Notes under the pieces: model-generated
Databases searched by the model: none
Told to the model about the DNA's origin: nothing
What the model saw: only the letters and a program-made list of their open reading frames with translations
Translations under genes and position numbers: made by a program
NCBI GenBank assembly: GCA_051362555.1
Contig: CM120648.1
Location: forward strand, 9,792,587 to 9,856,586
Length of the DNA: 64,000 nt
DNA from: Lingula anatina
Taxonomy: Eukaryota; Animalia; Brachiopoda
Reading direction: 5' to 3'
Shown here: in pieces, positions 47,037-62,165 of the stretch
How positions within the stretch are numbered: position 1 is the stretch's first letter
Layout of the letters: each line of letters opens with the position of its first letter

Positions 47037-47881
47037 AAAAAAATTCCCATTCAAAAAACTTAAGTTTTTGTCCTCAAATCCGTGGAGAATTTCATAATTA
47101 GAAAAGTCGCATGTACATGTAGTAAATGTGAAATTGACAAGAAAAAGTCAAGTGAATTCCTTTATTATTCTTTAATGATTAATAACTTTTTCAAGCAGAT
47201 TTCACGTCGATCGTTTAGGAAATAAACATGACCTGGTGTTAAAGCCTGAATTTGTAGTTTGCGAAATGGCCAAAAGATGTTCATGTGAAAGTAAAACAAT
47301 TTCCCTTAAAACAATGTTAGTGATTTCAATGTCATTTAATGATTTCAACGTAGATTGTGTCGTTTGCAATATCCTGCGTTGAATGTCTGCAACTTTCTGT
47401 TTTTGCCTGTGAAATATTTTTTCAGCAGTTAATTAAGCAGGGATGAAACTGCCATTTGGTGAAAAAAGTTTGAAAATATGGCTTGGGGTCCTGGAAACCC
47501 TGAGCATCGATCTCAGAAATGATACTTTTGGCTCCCATAGAAAAATCTCATTAGTTTACTGGTCAACAGATTGACACCGCCTCCCTGCTGATCTTGTTAG
47601 CCTTAGAACTCGTGGCTTATAAAATAATATCCTTCTCCTCAGGTTCTGTTGGACCAACTTTGACCCCAAAAGAGAGCTTTGGAGCTTTATTCAGTTCATA
47701 ACATGTCACGTCAAAACTGAAAATATTTGACTAAGATGCTGGAATTTTGATGAATGCCTCGCCAGTATCATTGGACCAACTAACTTCAAATTTGGATGAT
47801 TTTTCAAACTGCCTTTTAAATCCGCAGTCCACATGATGGTCAACTGGCAATTTTAATTGGGTTTTGAACCAGTTTGCTGCC

Positions 47882-50644
47882 TCATTCTCCATGGGTATAA
47901 GCAAACATCCCTTTCAGTAACCTACAAGCTGGCAAGTTGTTGGCCTCCGTTGGAATCCTGTACGGACCGTGATCGCCCATATACACATAACTGTTCAATT
48001 TAATTAAGGAAAACAATTTTAAATATAATATAATTTGAGTATAATTATGTTTGAATACAGTGATATGGGATTTATTCTTTTTGTTGGATACAAACTATTT
48101 AAAATACGGTTACTTGACTTGTGCACGCTCAATATACAAATAAATCAAGTACGAGTGGAACGTATAATTATGTAATTCATAAAGTGACCCAAAAAAAAAA
48201 AGAAAAAAAAAAAAAGAAAAAAAAAACTTTTCAATATAGATCACATTGGGCATGAAAGAAAAAGGATTGAAAATTGCCATGAAATTAGTAGATAAACTTA
48301 TATACCGAGACTTTGTGGCCATACCTATATTAAATGCATCACATCCTAAGCAACACACACACAAGTTTACATGGATGCACATAAAGCCTGTATCCAACAA
48401 ACATGTATTACATAATATATAAAATTGCATCCACCACATTTCAATCACTTAATTTTAAATAAATACTTATTTTCAACCACTTAAAACAAGCAAAAAAAAA
48501 TCTAATGAGAAGGATACGGCAACCGCAGCACCCATATTCCTCCCTGTGGCAGAACAATGGCGCCATCATGACTTGGCATAAACACAGGGCACGGCAGAGG
48601 CGCTGGCTGAATTCTGGGATTGATAGAGATGTTGGTAGGGCCTTCAGGTGTGGCGATGTATATTCTCATCAACTGTGCCATCAGACCTTTGGAACTCCTG
48701 ATACAAAGGATTGCATATGAATTATTGACAAGACTCAAAAATGGTGAAATAGGTTCTACATTGCTGATGAAAAAAAATTAAGTAAATATTGTTTCTAAAG
48801 TGCTCACATTAAGTATCTTTGAGGAAGGGTTCAAAATCTTCATAGGCATAAAACATAATTATATTTTCTTTAAAAAAAATTTTGATCAAACTGCTGTTTT
48901 ATTTTAATTTTCAATTTTTTTCAGAAAAATGATTTTTGAATGTAGGATCTTTTCGAAAACATGTCACAGCTGAAGTATGCACTAATCAAAGTCACAATTC
49001 TAAGACACTTTATATGAGCGAAATCAATCAATAATTAGGTGTTAAATGCTGTGTTAAAAAAAGAACCTGAAAAAAAAATTCAAAAGTTCTGAAAACAGAG
49101 TTACCCTTGTGAGCAAGACCATTTGTGCTTTGAAAAATCTCTCAGTAAGTTGTATGTTTGATATATTTGAACAAGAACTATATCACAACTGACATTAAAA
49201 TGTTCACTTCCAAAACAACAATTCCTTACCTACAGTGACATGGAAAGTACAGTGGCATGTCATTACTCAGAAGCTTGTTGGCATTGTCCTAAAATTTTAG
49301 AATAAAAAAACACTTAGTAATACTCTTTTAAACTGAAAGGATTCATCATCCTGGAGTGAGTTCTCTCTACTTGTATCACAATGGATGCCAAGAACAAATG
49401 ACCCAGGTGTATAATATGATATTGTGCATCACATGATATTGTGTATCACATGATATTGTGTATCACATGATATTGTGTATCATTGAATATTATGTATCAC
49501 ATGATACTGTGCATCACATGCTTCACTTCACCTGGGTATTTTCCACCATACAATAATAATAAAAATTCACAAAACAAAAGATATGGTTATTTTCTTCTAA
49601 AATCTACGGGAAGACAGACAGTCTAAGTTACTGATCAATCATTTATAGCTAAATTTTCCAAGGGAATTGGTAAGAAAAAATAATAAAAACAAACCCCCAA
49701 AATCCAAGTGGGGGGATAATTTTTGATAAAAATTCAACTGGCAGGAAAATCCCAGTTATAAGGACACCCTTCAAATATGATGTTATAATCCTTACCTTTG
49801 GTGGCCCACTCCCAGGCACTTTGATGATCTTCTCAGGACCACTGCAGAAAAACCTGTGACCTCTAGGACACTCGTACTCCAGTCCGAGGTAAACCTTCAT
49901 GTTGATCTCTGCAGGTTCTGAAGGAGTGATAGAAAATATGCCCAATTTTTAATTATGTATCAGTTGCCAGAGACCTGTGGCATCTGGGGCACCCGTCTTC
50001 AGGTTTTTATAAATGACAAAAATAAAATCAAACACATAGGATTAATCCGCTGAGAAACTGATTTAAAGAACTGTTCAAATCAGTCAGACAGACTGTTATT
50101 TAACATCACTAAATGACCAAATAACCTGGTTTAACCGGGTCTATGACGGTTAATTTCCAAATAAATCAATCTGAAAAAGACATCAATCAGTGCTTACTCT
50201 ACTGTTTTCACACGAACTCACCTGGTATGCTCTTCTGCCCTCGTTTATTCTTCCCCTTCTTCCCCCCTGGTGCCTCGTTAATGGCGGGCCACTTTTCCCT
50301 GTCCCCCTTCACCAGGATGTCCCAGGGTAGAAGGTAGTTGCTGCCATGCATGAATCCTGGCTGGTCAATACCTGGAGTGGAAATGACCAAGTGACTCTCT
50401 CTCAAACACACATACACAGACACAAATGTAGTCAATTTGTTATTGCAAAATTCTTTTCCCTTCTTTCCATGCTTTCTCTCTCTCTCTCTCTCCCCCCTCT
50501 CTCTATCTCACTCACACACGCATTCATAAAAACACACATGCAGTCATTACTTAGTAATGGCAAAATTCATCTCCCTTCTTTCCATACTTTCAGTCTCTCT
50601 GTGTCTCTCTCTCTCTCTCTCTCTCTCTGCACCGAAATTCTCTT

Positions 50645-50690
<46 letters not shown>

Positions 50691-53600
50691 CCAAAATTTT
50701 CTTTGTGTGTGTGTGTGTGTGTCTCTCTCTCTCTGCACCAAAATTCTCTCTCTCTCTGCACCAAAATTCTGTGTGTGTGTGTGTGTGTGTCTCTCTCTCT
50801 CTCTCTGCACCAAAATTCCCTCTCTGTGTGTCTCTCTCTCTCTCTGCACCAAAATTCTGTGTGTGCGTGTGTGTCTTTCTCACTCCCTCTCTCTCTCTCT
50901 CTCTGCACCAAAATTCTCTTTGTGTGTGTGTGTCTCTCTCTCTGCACCAAAATTCTCTCTCTGTGTGTGTCTCTCTCTCTCTCTGCACCAAAATTCTCTC
51001 TCTGTGTGTCTCTCTCTCTCTCTCTGCACCAAAATTCTGTGTGTGTGTGTGTGTCTCTCACTCACTCTCTCCTGCCCCATAATTCTCTCTCTCTCTCACC
51101 TGTGACAGGTGAGTAGGAGCTGTAAGTTGCCAGACACACCAGTGACCAGGCCGGGTATTTGGGAAGGACCCCAGGGGGAGAGCAACTGTGCAGCATCCCA
51201 GTCAGAAAGTCTGCGTTCAACTTCTCCGTCAGGCCCTCTCTGTCTGAGGTTTTCACTGATGAAACTGAAATTAAAAAAAGAAAAAGGGCTTTACTTTTCA
51301 CCAGTTTAGAGATTGAGTAAAATATGCAGGCCACTGTCTGGCCGTTCTTTCTGGAAAATATCCTCTTTTTTCTCCACTTTATAACTTTAAAGGCACAGGG
51401 AACAATCTGCATCTTTTACAAGCTATAATATTTGTACATGATGAAATGGTCACCCTCCACAAAAACTTATATTAAGATAATATACATACTGTAAATAACA
51501 CTGAACAGCAATATCTATGACAAAAAGAAAAAAAATGACTGTCACAATAATAACAATAGATACATACCAGTTCCTATCTCTACTATAGCTGGATCTTCTG
51601 GCACCTGTTGTGACGTGGAGTTTCCCTCTAATAATGGCGGCTGCGGCTGAGACGGCTGCTGTGAAAGCCGCTCACCAGTCGGAAAGAGGTCATCCACCTC
51701 CAGTGATTGCTCTGAAAAAAAAAATATATATAAAAATCATGGTGGATATGGACATAAAAATGACACCTTGATGTCATATTAATACATGTAGAACAAATTT
51801 TACTATAAAACATCTTTTTCCCTCTCATAAAAAAGGGATCATAAGAAAATGAAAAATTACTCGGGGTAGACAGTGACCTTGGGATGTGACTACTGGTAGC
51901 TTTTTCTGGGGACACATTTTGCAGTTTTGTTCGTCAAATTTGGGAAGTGAATTTTTATACAGATGAACTGCAAGAAACCGTTACCAGAACTATGTGGCAG
52001 ACTGAGATTTCCCAAAGCTGCTATCACTGGCTCAAGACTGGGATTGTCTTGTCTTGGCACATCTTCTGCTGAAGCCTGTGCAGTGGCGTCCTCTTGTGGT
52101 GCTGCATGGTATGCTGGGAAATGATGGTGCTGCAACTTCTCACAACACTGTCGCTCAAGGTTTTGGTAAAAAGTGTAGTTTGCCGACTGTTCAAAAAGTA
52201 AAATGCATCATGAATTTAAATAAGTAGGTGGAAAGATGCACAAATACATTCAACAAGCAATCAAGACATGAAAATCAAACACCACATACTCCAAACATTT
52301 CATAAATACATAATGCAGTCTTCCTAAACATTACATAATTTGTATAAGTGACACACAAAACATGACCAATACACAGTATTGTGCAAAGGGCCAAAATACT
52401 ACAGACCTTATAGGAAAACATCCAACCCAAATATAAATATATATATGTATACATGTATGTCTGTCACCTTGGGCAAATTCTGTCGTATTTAATTTTTGCT
52501 TCCCAATATCAGTATAACTGTTCCTATCTATACTCACTGTACCTTCTGATCAAAAGGGTCGTCCCTGTCGCCTTGTTTTTGGCCGCAATTACACGCAGCC
52601 CTGGTCTTGACTTGACTAGAGTGGGACTTGACTGGCAGGTGGCTGTTTTCTGGGGTCTCCTCACTGCTGGGGAGCCTGTGAAGCTAGAACATAGAAAAAA
52701 CATTGTTCTAATGAATAAAAATATGATACTGAGTTTTGATCAAAAATGCTTGCAAAATTGTTTTCCCACTGCTGGAGTGCAGCTAAAATCAATCAATCAA
52801 TCAATTAATTAATGAATAACACTGAGGTTTGACCATAAAATGTTCTTCACTTTGTGTGCTCATTTCTGCAAGAGATGGTCCAGCCAAAACTAAGGAGAAC
52901 CAGCTAAGGGTTATTATACATTACTTACTGAAACAAATCAGTCACTAGTTTATGTTCAGATTTGAAATAAATAAATGAAATAGAAGTTTTGGTCTCAGAG
53001 TTAAAACTTCCTTTCAATGTTAAGTATTACTTTTATCTTTTTTGGTGGAAACTTGCGAAAAAAACAAAGCATTACCTCATGGATGCATGGACTCCCAGTG
53101 AGGCTCACGTGTTCGCAGAGTTGTCGGCCGTTCTTCCAAATCTTCTCGCATTCTTCTTCCAGCTGCTGCAGGTACTTGTCGAATGCTGGACCACGAGCAT
53201 GTTGCGCGAACACTCGCTTGGCTTGTGATAACTGTGGGAAGAGAGGAATTCATATAAGATTTATCGAACTGCGTACAAAGAGTGCAAAACTGTTACAATA
53301 GCAAAAAGGCAAAAATAATAATAAACTCAACCAAATGTCCTTAATCAGAAAGATAAGTCAATGATTTGACCTTTTCAATGGGGAAAAATAATCATAATGA
53401 TTATCATTGAAGCCATCACATTACATAATAAACCATAACCATTTTTTTCTATAAGTTATAGTAAGAATCCATAACAATGTTAACATTTGTTAATCCCAAC
53501 TGTATATCATATGATCATATGATATGAGTGGGTTTCCATATACCTATCATACTGGCAGGATCAATCTAACTCTGAGGGGGTCCTTGCCAAATTGCATTCA

Positions 53601-56600
53601 GTTTAAGTGGCTTACATGTCTGTCATGCCCACTGAAGCTGCTAGGGAGATATTTATTTAAACTGGATGCAATTTAGCAAGAATCCCCTTGTGGGTACATC
53701 AATCCTGCTAGTACTACAGGGTTATGGGAAAGGGCCCTATGATGTTAACTCTACCTTTGCCAAGTGCACGGCTCTAGTGTAGTGCTTGGGCAATCCCTCT
53801 TGATAGGTGGTCTCAGCAACTGGTATCACTTTACTGCAGCGCCTAAAAGACGAATTAAATGTCTGTACTGTAAGAAGAATTCATACCTCACATATCTTAT
53901 AAATAATGTAATTTTACAATTAACATATCTTATACATCATACAGGGTTCATCAAAATACTATTTTACTGCCACACACACCAAAAATAGTTTTAACCCATC
54001 AGGAACATGTATTTTTAATGAGCATGACTGATTTTATTATTTATTTTTATTTAATCAACAAATCATATTAATTTTCATTTCATACTATTTAATTTATAAA
54101 AATGACAATTGATTATTATTATCATTAATTTTAATCATCAGAACAGGGCCAGACCATCCAGGAAATCTCTTACATCCAAATCAATTGCTACTTTTTAAGA
54201 AGACAGACAGGGACTAAAGCCTCCCCTCTCAAAATGTCTAGCTTCTAACTCTGGCAGAAATTTGCAGGTGTTAAAGTGAGGTTGTCTTTCTGATCTATCA
54301 ACCAACCAAACAACCAATTAATCAATTAAACAACCAAACAATCAACCAAATGCCAATGAGGCGTGGCCTTACCCGTCAGAAAACCTGGTGTCTATCTCCA
54401 GGAGAGACTTGAGGGTGTTGAAATGGGGGCGGACTTTTGTGTCTTTCTGATCAATGGTGAAGAACTCGTACAGCTTTGACGCCACTCTCAGCCACATATT
54501 GATAGTGGGAAGCTGGAGGAAAATGTATATAACTTTATAAAAATATAGTCATGTAGTTTATTTTATCTCATATTGTATAAATATATTATGACATAAAAGA
54601 TATTAGTAATGTAAATATTTCATTAATTTTTTTATTCATTAGGAATGGTTGTGCACATCATACAAATGGAATTTTCTCAAAATAAAACAAAAAGAATGTT
54701 TTAGTAGCAATAGGCTTATAATAATACTTATATTGTTGTGAGTAAAAATAGATTAGGTTCAGAACATTTAAAGGAAAGAATGAACAAGCACAAAAATACA
54801 TGTGCACAAGCAAATATCCTCTCACTTTAAAGGATGCACAAGCATGGACATGGAGACATGCACACAAGCACGAACACAGACTAGTGCACATACATAAGCA
54901 CAGATGCGTAAACACAAATATACCTACAGGTGCAGACACACACACACACACTAGCTATACCTCAAACAATGCCGGCACAGGGTTTCTGCCCACATTATCA
55001 TTGAACCCCTTGGTTAGAGCCAGCTCTATATGCTGCGTCAGGAACTCCTTAAAACTGTGACTGCCACTGCTACTGCTGCGATGTGACACTGCACTGGTGC
55101 TACTGCTGTTGTTAGCTGCAGAAGAGTTGTTGTTCATGTTACAACGTCTTAACATTTGGTAACTTCTGGTCCTGGGGCTCTCTGGAGTTGTAACGAAATT
55201 CAATTTGGTATAAGGCAGTGCTCAATAATACATTAGAAATTCTGACTGTGCCTGCACAGAAGTTTATACTTCTAAGCAAAAAAGTTCATTAGCATGGTAG
55301 TAAGGTCATGTATGATAATTATCAAAACAAGCCGAATTACTTTCTTACCCTTAGCTTATGGCCAACCTGGATGTAGGCCTTCATTAGACTAATGTGAACA
55401 AATGTTGTAACTCACTGACTATAAGGCTTGACTGCTGTTTAAGGTAAATCAAATTTGCAAAATTGATTTCTGTTTCATCTAAATTTCCAGATTTTAGGCA
55501 ACAGCGTAATTAATCAAAACCAATATATTTACCAGAATCCCTAGTGACAGTACAGTTGTCCTTGAGTAAATTCATATAAAAGCTAGCGGGATTCTCCATT
55601 ACTCCATGGGGGGTCTGAACAAAAACAAACTCCTGATTGGCTGGCACCGCAAACAGAGAATTGTTGCTGAAATGATAGAACAAGGCAGCAAAGCTGTCAA
55701 ATGTACAGACAAAAAGCAGGAAATAACTATGCACAAAATAGGCTACTGTCAATTCTGATGCAAAAGTACATTATGTTAAACTGCAAATTCAACATCAAAT
55801 TTTAATTATGCTCAACAGGTAATACCAATGTAAGTAAAATGTGTAACAAGCATAAGGCTTCAGGCCCATGGCAGTTCAAGTTCACACTTTGAAAATGTAT
55901 AACTTCCAGAAAAAGAAGCCAATTAGACTGCTTTTCCAACTCAGGCTGCATTTTAGTCCTGTATTTCTTTTCTGAACGTTTGGCAATCATCAGTAACATG
56001 GTTTTCCCATAATGGTCATCATGGCAGCAGCACCCAAAATTGTGTTTTCTTCTATTCTGATGCAATATTACATAGTGGTTAACAGCATAATGACCGTCAA
56101 TTTTTAATAATAAAATATGCGTATCATGGATTTTCAGAAAATGTGACCAGCATGTGTCTTCAAGCCCATGGAACTTCAAAGTCACACCTTGAAAATGCCA
56201 ATATGTGAAAAATTATATTTTCACAAAAAAAAAACTGTTTAACTAGCAGAAAGCATTACCAAACAGACTGCATTGCCTACTGAAGCTGTATTTTAGTCCC
56301 ATGTTTCTTTCCTGTAAGTTTGAGAACAGTAAGTGACATGATTTTTCTTAAATGGTCATCATGGGAGCAGTGCCCAAAATATTTTTTTCCAAATTTTGAT
56401 GCAATATTACATAACGTTTAACAGCATAATGACCATCAATTTTTAATAATAAAATATTAGTATTATGGATATTCAGAAAATGTGACTAGCAAAGGTCTTC
56501 AGGCCCATGGAACTTCAAAGTCACAACTTGAAAATGCCAAAATGTAAACAAGACAGCACTGTTCTGAAATGTTTTTTTTTCCATTTTTAACACTTTTTTA

Positions 56601-59600
56601 ACATAAAACAAAATTAGCAGTTTACTGCCATTTTTATATGATCAACTAAGAAAATTGATGAGATGTGAAAAATATCAATAGAACAGTGTCAAATGTCCAA
56701 TTTCCTCCATTCTGAGTTTCTGAACATAGTGAATGATTGAATCTTACAAACTGCAATGATATGAGTTTATTTCCATTTTTGACACCTTATTCCACAATAC
56801 ACGATTACAAGTTTACCATCATTTTTACAAAATCAACTAACAATGTTGTAAAGATGCAGGAAATGTCAAACAAACACTTTTACGTATCTTATTAATTAAA
56901 TAATGAGACTGTTAACATGCCTAAGAATTGAATCTGAGGAAATGTGAAAAAACAGCATAACTTATAAAATAATGGTCCGATTATGCTGATTTTCGAACTT
57001 GACCTGCGTTTTAGTAAGATTGATTACTCCTGTGAGTTTCATGACAACAGGCCTATGGGTTTTCCTTGAAATGTGTTAACAGTGTTGCATATATGCTGAA
57101 AAGTGAAAAAACAGCATAACTACTAAAATAGTGGCCCGATCATGCCGATTTTCGAACTTGATCTGCGTTTTAGTAAGATTGATTACTCCTGTGAGTTTCA
57201 TGACAACAGGCCTATCAGTTTTCCTTGAAATGTGTTAACAGTGTTGCATATATGCTGAAAAGTGAAAAAAACAGCATAAATTCTACAATAATGGCCCGAT
57301 CATGCTGATTTTCGAACTTGACCTGTGTTTTATGAATATTCATCAGCTCTGTAAATATAAAGCCAAAAAGTAAAACTGTCTTCCACTTATGGTGTTAACG
57401 CTGAAAGTGCACGGCGACGGCGACATGATCGGCGACGGCGACGGCGACGACAGACGCAGGTGATGGCAATATGTACAGACACATCTGTGTCTGTACATAA
57501 AAAAAGGAAATATTTAGCATTGAGTAACTTAAGTACGCTCTAGGTGGCGCCTGCAGTCAATATAAAACTGACCCCAGGTGGCAGTAGCAATCAAGATGAA
57601 CCCGACCCCTGCTTTGTCCTCTCCATTTTCCTGGTTAAGAAATCAGATGTTTATTGGCTGTTTTAAAGGAAGAAAGAAAGTCTGGGTCTAATTTACTAGA
57701 GATCTGCTGTACATAAGTTTTTATCCAGTTTTTAAGTGTATATCAACAATTTAAAAGCTCTGTGACAAGATTTCAAAGATTAAACGTATCCTTGAGGTGA
57801 ACCTCATTTTTTAATTTATCATACAGTGAAGTATAAACACTTGTAAACATTCTGGATTATCTATGCACCTTGGTATTGCAATCTAATACTTGAGATGTCT
57901 GTGAATTTTTAGAGCACCCTGTTATGTACCTGATATTTGTGATCACTCTAGATTTCCGTAGCACCCTGTAGATTTGATCTTCAATTGCATGCTGAAGTTT
58001 CTTGATACTTGCTATCTCCTGAAACAGTTACCAAACAAACTCACAAACAATCTTTTTCACAATCAGAACACACTTAAATTCACATACATTCTCATCCTTT
58101 GGCTCAAAAATTTTTTCTTTGCTTTGTTTGTAAAAGACATTAACTGCCAAATTTTAGCCAACAAGTATCACATGGGCTACCTCTTTAACTAAAAAAAAGA
58201 AAAAAGTTAACTTTGTATTGACTACACTGTAGGTGTCAGTAGCAATCAACATGAACATCACACCAGATGGCAGCAACAATTAAGACAAACCTGTCCCCTG
58301 CTTCTGTCCTCTCCCCTCTCCTCAGCTATGGTGCATTTGTCAAATACAAACAAGACTCTAGGGGAGCACAACCTCCCTGACATCATCCAGTCCTTGGAGA
58401 CAGGAAACGCCTTCAAAATGTCCGTCACAGAGGGGAGGAGCTTTTGTCTGAAATGGAGACATTTTTGGTGAGGTTAATTCAATACAGGAGAAATGTCTCT
58501 GCCTCTCTCTCTCTCTCTCTCAAACCACGCACAAAAACACACACACACACACACAAGCTAGTGTCACGTTTTTTGTATAATCATCATATTTCTCATCATC
58601 AATGATACTTTGTTAGTAGTAAGTGTACATGTAATTTCGGTACACAATCATCATACTTCTCATAATCCATGATAATTTGTTAGCAGTAAGTGTACATGTA
58701 ATTAAATTCATGGGCAACGCAATGGTGTATAAATATGCTTGTGCTATTAAATTTTCTATCATAAAATTTTGCACCTTGATGATTTTGTTTTGCTGTGTTA
58801 ATGTTGTTTCTCACCTGATGCTGTCTAGAGTTCTAAATAGCCTCACATAGCTGACATCAAATGACTGACCAGCATTCACCAGCTGAAAATGTCAAAATAA
58901 AGAAATAAATTTTAAACTATCTAAATGGAGATGAAAACTGGTGATTTATTGACAAAATTCTAAAATCAGAAAATTAAAATTCCAATATTTGTAGATAAAT
59001 TACTTCTCCGTGATTTTGGCAAAGATGTAACTTGACATTCAAGGAAAATTGTTGAAATTTCTAAGAAAATACGATTAATGTTTTCATAATATAAGGATGC
59101 AGGATGTATGCTTTTGAAATGAACCCCGAATGAACCCAACAAACCTCATTCAATCACACAGCTAGAAAAATAATTACTAAGCTAGGAAGCATTTAGATTC
59201 ACACATCGTACTAGATACGTAGGTTGGTCCAACTACACTGGGATTCTTGCTCAAGTGCAATAAGTGGAATCAGCACACGACAATAAATTACCCCCCTAAC
59301 TACTCGAGGAGGCATGTCAGACAATTAAGCTGGTTCCATTGATGATTTCACTTTAGCCAGAATCCCCTGCATAGCTGGAGAGACCCAGCTTATATTTCAT
59401 GTACGTGTGAATCTGAAAGTGGTCTTAGGCATACTGGTGATGTATATTAGTTGTGAACCAGTCAAGGATCAAGTAAGTTCTAAATATGATTCTCTTTAAT
59501 CTTCAAACAAAATCAAATGAAAAGTGTCCAACAGAACCTACCATTATAATGTGTGAAACAGAGAATAAAAACAGTAGAGCTCTGGCATGCTGGTGGTCCT

Positions 59601-60296
59601 CTTGTTGCCAAAATGTGTTATAGCCCTAAAATAAACAGTCAGTTATTGACAAAAAGGATAAAATACAAAAAATACTATAAGAAATATAGATGACAATACT
59701 TTCAGCAACACAAACACAGTGAACAACCCTACATACTGTTTACTGGTGCCTAATTGTGTCACACTTATGAAATGATTGATTCTACCTCTCAGATCGTAAC
59801 AAGCAAGAGAAAACATCTCTCTAGTTCACCGAATCAAAATTAATTGGCAGTTTTTTTTTTTCATTTTTAGGGACAGAGGCCAACTTTGAGAATATTTTCT
59901 AGCAGAATTTGAAACACGTTTTGAGTGAACATGTATATGTTGATCGCTAGCCTTTTCACATGTCTGCCATTTTTTTAACTGCAGATGTTTTATTTAATAA
60001 CTTATTCATATTTATTTCATATTCATATGTAATATTTATAATATAATGGTGTTGCATCAAGAAGACTTAGCATATGAATATACACGTCAATACATTTACT
60101 GCTACTGCAGCTGCTACTGTTACTACTGCAACTAAATTTTGTTGCTACTGCTACTGTTACTAAACCTTGTTACCTTTGTGTTGAGTGTATCACTGGCCTT
60201 CTCACACATATCAGCCAATATGTACGTGTCATACCCAGACAGCAGGTGGAGGAAGAGGACCTGCTGGCTCTCATCAAGGTGGCCTTCTATCGTGCA
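47882..60296 (-). CDS. SMG8: Nonsense-mediated mRNA decay factor SMG8, ~19 coding exons, N-terminal exon(s) not found in the window
   Basis: Spliced motifs: IEGHLD..LFLHL (60174-60296), LLFLFSVSHII (59542-59625), GRLCSPRVLFVF (58291-58447), LQHAIEDQIYRVLRKSRV (57930-58018), NSLFAVPANQEFV, FNDNVGRNP, WKNGRQLCEHVSLTG, ACNCG, YLGLEYECPRGHRFF, QLMRIYI, WVLRLPYVY..*, with stop at 47882. Confidence 0.95.
49416..49520. repeat. 17-bp minisatellite (atgatattgtgtatcac) x ~6, intronic
   Basis: Directly visible; bracketed by a 9-bp inverted repeat acccaggtg/cacctgggt. Confidence 0.85.
50470..51097. repeat. Compound (CT)n/(GT)n microsatellite punctuated by ~10 copies of GCACCAAAATT
   Basis: Directly visible; fills an SMG8 intron. 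Confidence 0.95.
56240..57505. mobile_element. Helentron/HINE-like non-autonomous element with internal 159-bp tandem repeats
   Basis: Three units start at 56944, 57103 and 57262 (ccgatcatgctgattttcgaacttgacct), followed by a (GACGGC)n microsatellite, the terminal palindrome atgtacagacacatctgtgtctgtacat, and an A-run. The left boundary is uncertain. Confidence 0.65.
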
Positions 60297-62072
60297 CTGA
60301 AACAGATGATGATATATTAATAAATAAACCTATAGGTTTAAACCTGTACCAGAAAAGGCCCTGTCTTGGTATAGCTGTCCAGCAAATGAGGATGGTAAAA
60401 ATCTGAGCTAAAGCTTGGCCTGTATGCTCCACAGGGAGTTGAGAGCATTCAAATTGAACTGATCCACATAAATAAAAAAAAAATAAAATAATAAAAATAA
60501 GAATAAATAAATAAATAAATAAAATCAAATAGATAAAAATAAATAAATAAAATAAATAAATATTAAAATCAAATAAATAAATAAATAAATAAATAAATAA
60601 AATTTAACTCAGTTCCCAGGCATAGTTGACTAGGATTTCCAAGACAGTGCCATCTGGCCCTAGACACACAAAGATCACTTATTTTAATCCACAACTAAAC
60701 TTAGATTTGTCTATATGAAAATTTATATGAATTAGTGACAAGGCTGAGAATAGTTTATGCACTAGTATATTCTCAGTAGTCCAGTGATAGATTTAAATAA
60801 CTTTTCTTTACATGCATTGTTAACTTTGAGCTGTTTGAATTAATATTGTTTAATATGGAGGATGTCAGGAAACAATTCTAACCTGTATTAAAAAGACTAT
60901 AAAGTCTGTTAGTGGACATAATGATTTGAGATATTTCATTATTTATGCACACACGCACATACATACATGCACACACACACACACACGCACACACACTCTG
61001 ATTGGACTTCCAAAGTTTTAACAAGGACAACATCATGTCTGCATCAAAGGACTGCTGCTGGCCACTTTGAAAATTAACTACTAAGAATTAAATGATGATG
61101 CTATGAACACATTATCCCTTCATTTTTAATCAGAATATTCTCTACCATTCTGTCTATATGCTGATCACGAGTTAACTCATTCCATAACACAGGGCTATGC
61201 TAGCCAAAATCTTTCCAAAATGGTTCAAGCTAGCCTAGGCTTGACAGGATCATCACAGCATATCTGCCTTACTAGACAGATACACTCCACTATAGATACT
61301 TGACTAGCAAAGACCTATGCTGGAGAGAGCTGTTGAGGCAAGCAGCAACTTATTTATTTATTTTACATTATTGATTTAATATTTATTTCACTTCATTGTT
61401 TGTCTCTTCTTGCAAAGAATAAGGGTATGGTAAACAATACATTTGACAAACAATTCTTCTACAAAAAATTTACTTATTGTACAGTAATTAACATTATTCT
61501 ACACTGAGATGGCAAACTGATGATTCTGTCCAGCAAGTGTTGTTTTGTCCAGCATGGCCGTTTACTTTAATGATTCTGCCTTATACGCCTATGCTAACAA
61601 ACCATTTTGGATGTTTCTTGGGTCAGCATAGCAAAGTTCACTCAGCATAGGAAAACAGTCTGGAGAATATTCTAAAACTAATGGAAATAGCTCACTTCAC
61701 CCGCAGCAGATGAACACAAAATGGAGGTACTCACTAAAATGTGCTACCAGTATTCGAACTTCGGAGACTTTTAGTAATGCATTAAAAAGTCTCAGAAATG
61801 ATTCAGTCTGATTAACAGGCCAATACTGTAATTATTCATTAATTTCGAACAACATGAATGAACAGCTTCCCACCTCCCCCCAAAGTTTTTTTAAAAAAGT
61901 GTTATACATGAAATGCTACTGTAAAAGTTTTGGTAAGTTCATCAGCTATACATCGCAAAGTAATTTCAACATTTTTTGTGAGTAACCAAAGTGACATTTC
62001 TTGGAGAATTGAAAAAGGAGAATAAATGAGGTGTTAGAAAATATAAGTAGTAACCGTACGCGAAAAAAGATT

Positions 62073-62104
62073 TATAAACGAATCAGCAGATAGAGAGTCA
62101 TCAG
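62073..62104 (+). promoter_or_regulatory. TATA box/Inr candidate of the small secreted peptide gene
   Basis: TATAAA at 62073, tcatcag ~28 bp downstream, ATG at 62166. Confidence 0.45.
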
Positions 62105-62165
62105 AAACGTCAGGAGAGACTGGAGAGGAAGGACATCACAAGATACCAAGCACCATATTGTCAAG

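Noticed and set aside
50470-51097. CRISPR-like appearance (GCACCAAAATT repeats with variable spacers) and many overlapping ORFs
   Set aside because: The spacers are CT/GT microsatellite, the repeat is only ~11-15 bp, the context is a eukaryotic intron, and there are no cas genes. The ORFs are low-complexity artefacts.
57570-57640. Possible extra SMG8 exon resembling 58260-58330
   Set aside because: The flanking exons join in frame without it (..VITNIS|NNSLF..). It appears to be an intronic partial duplicate.
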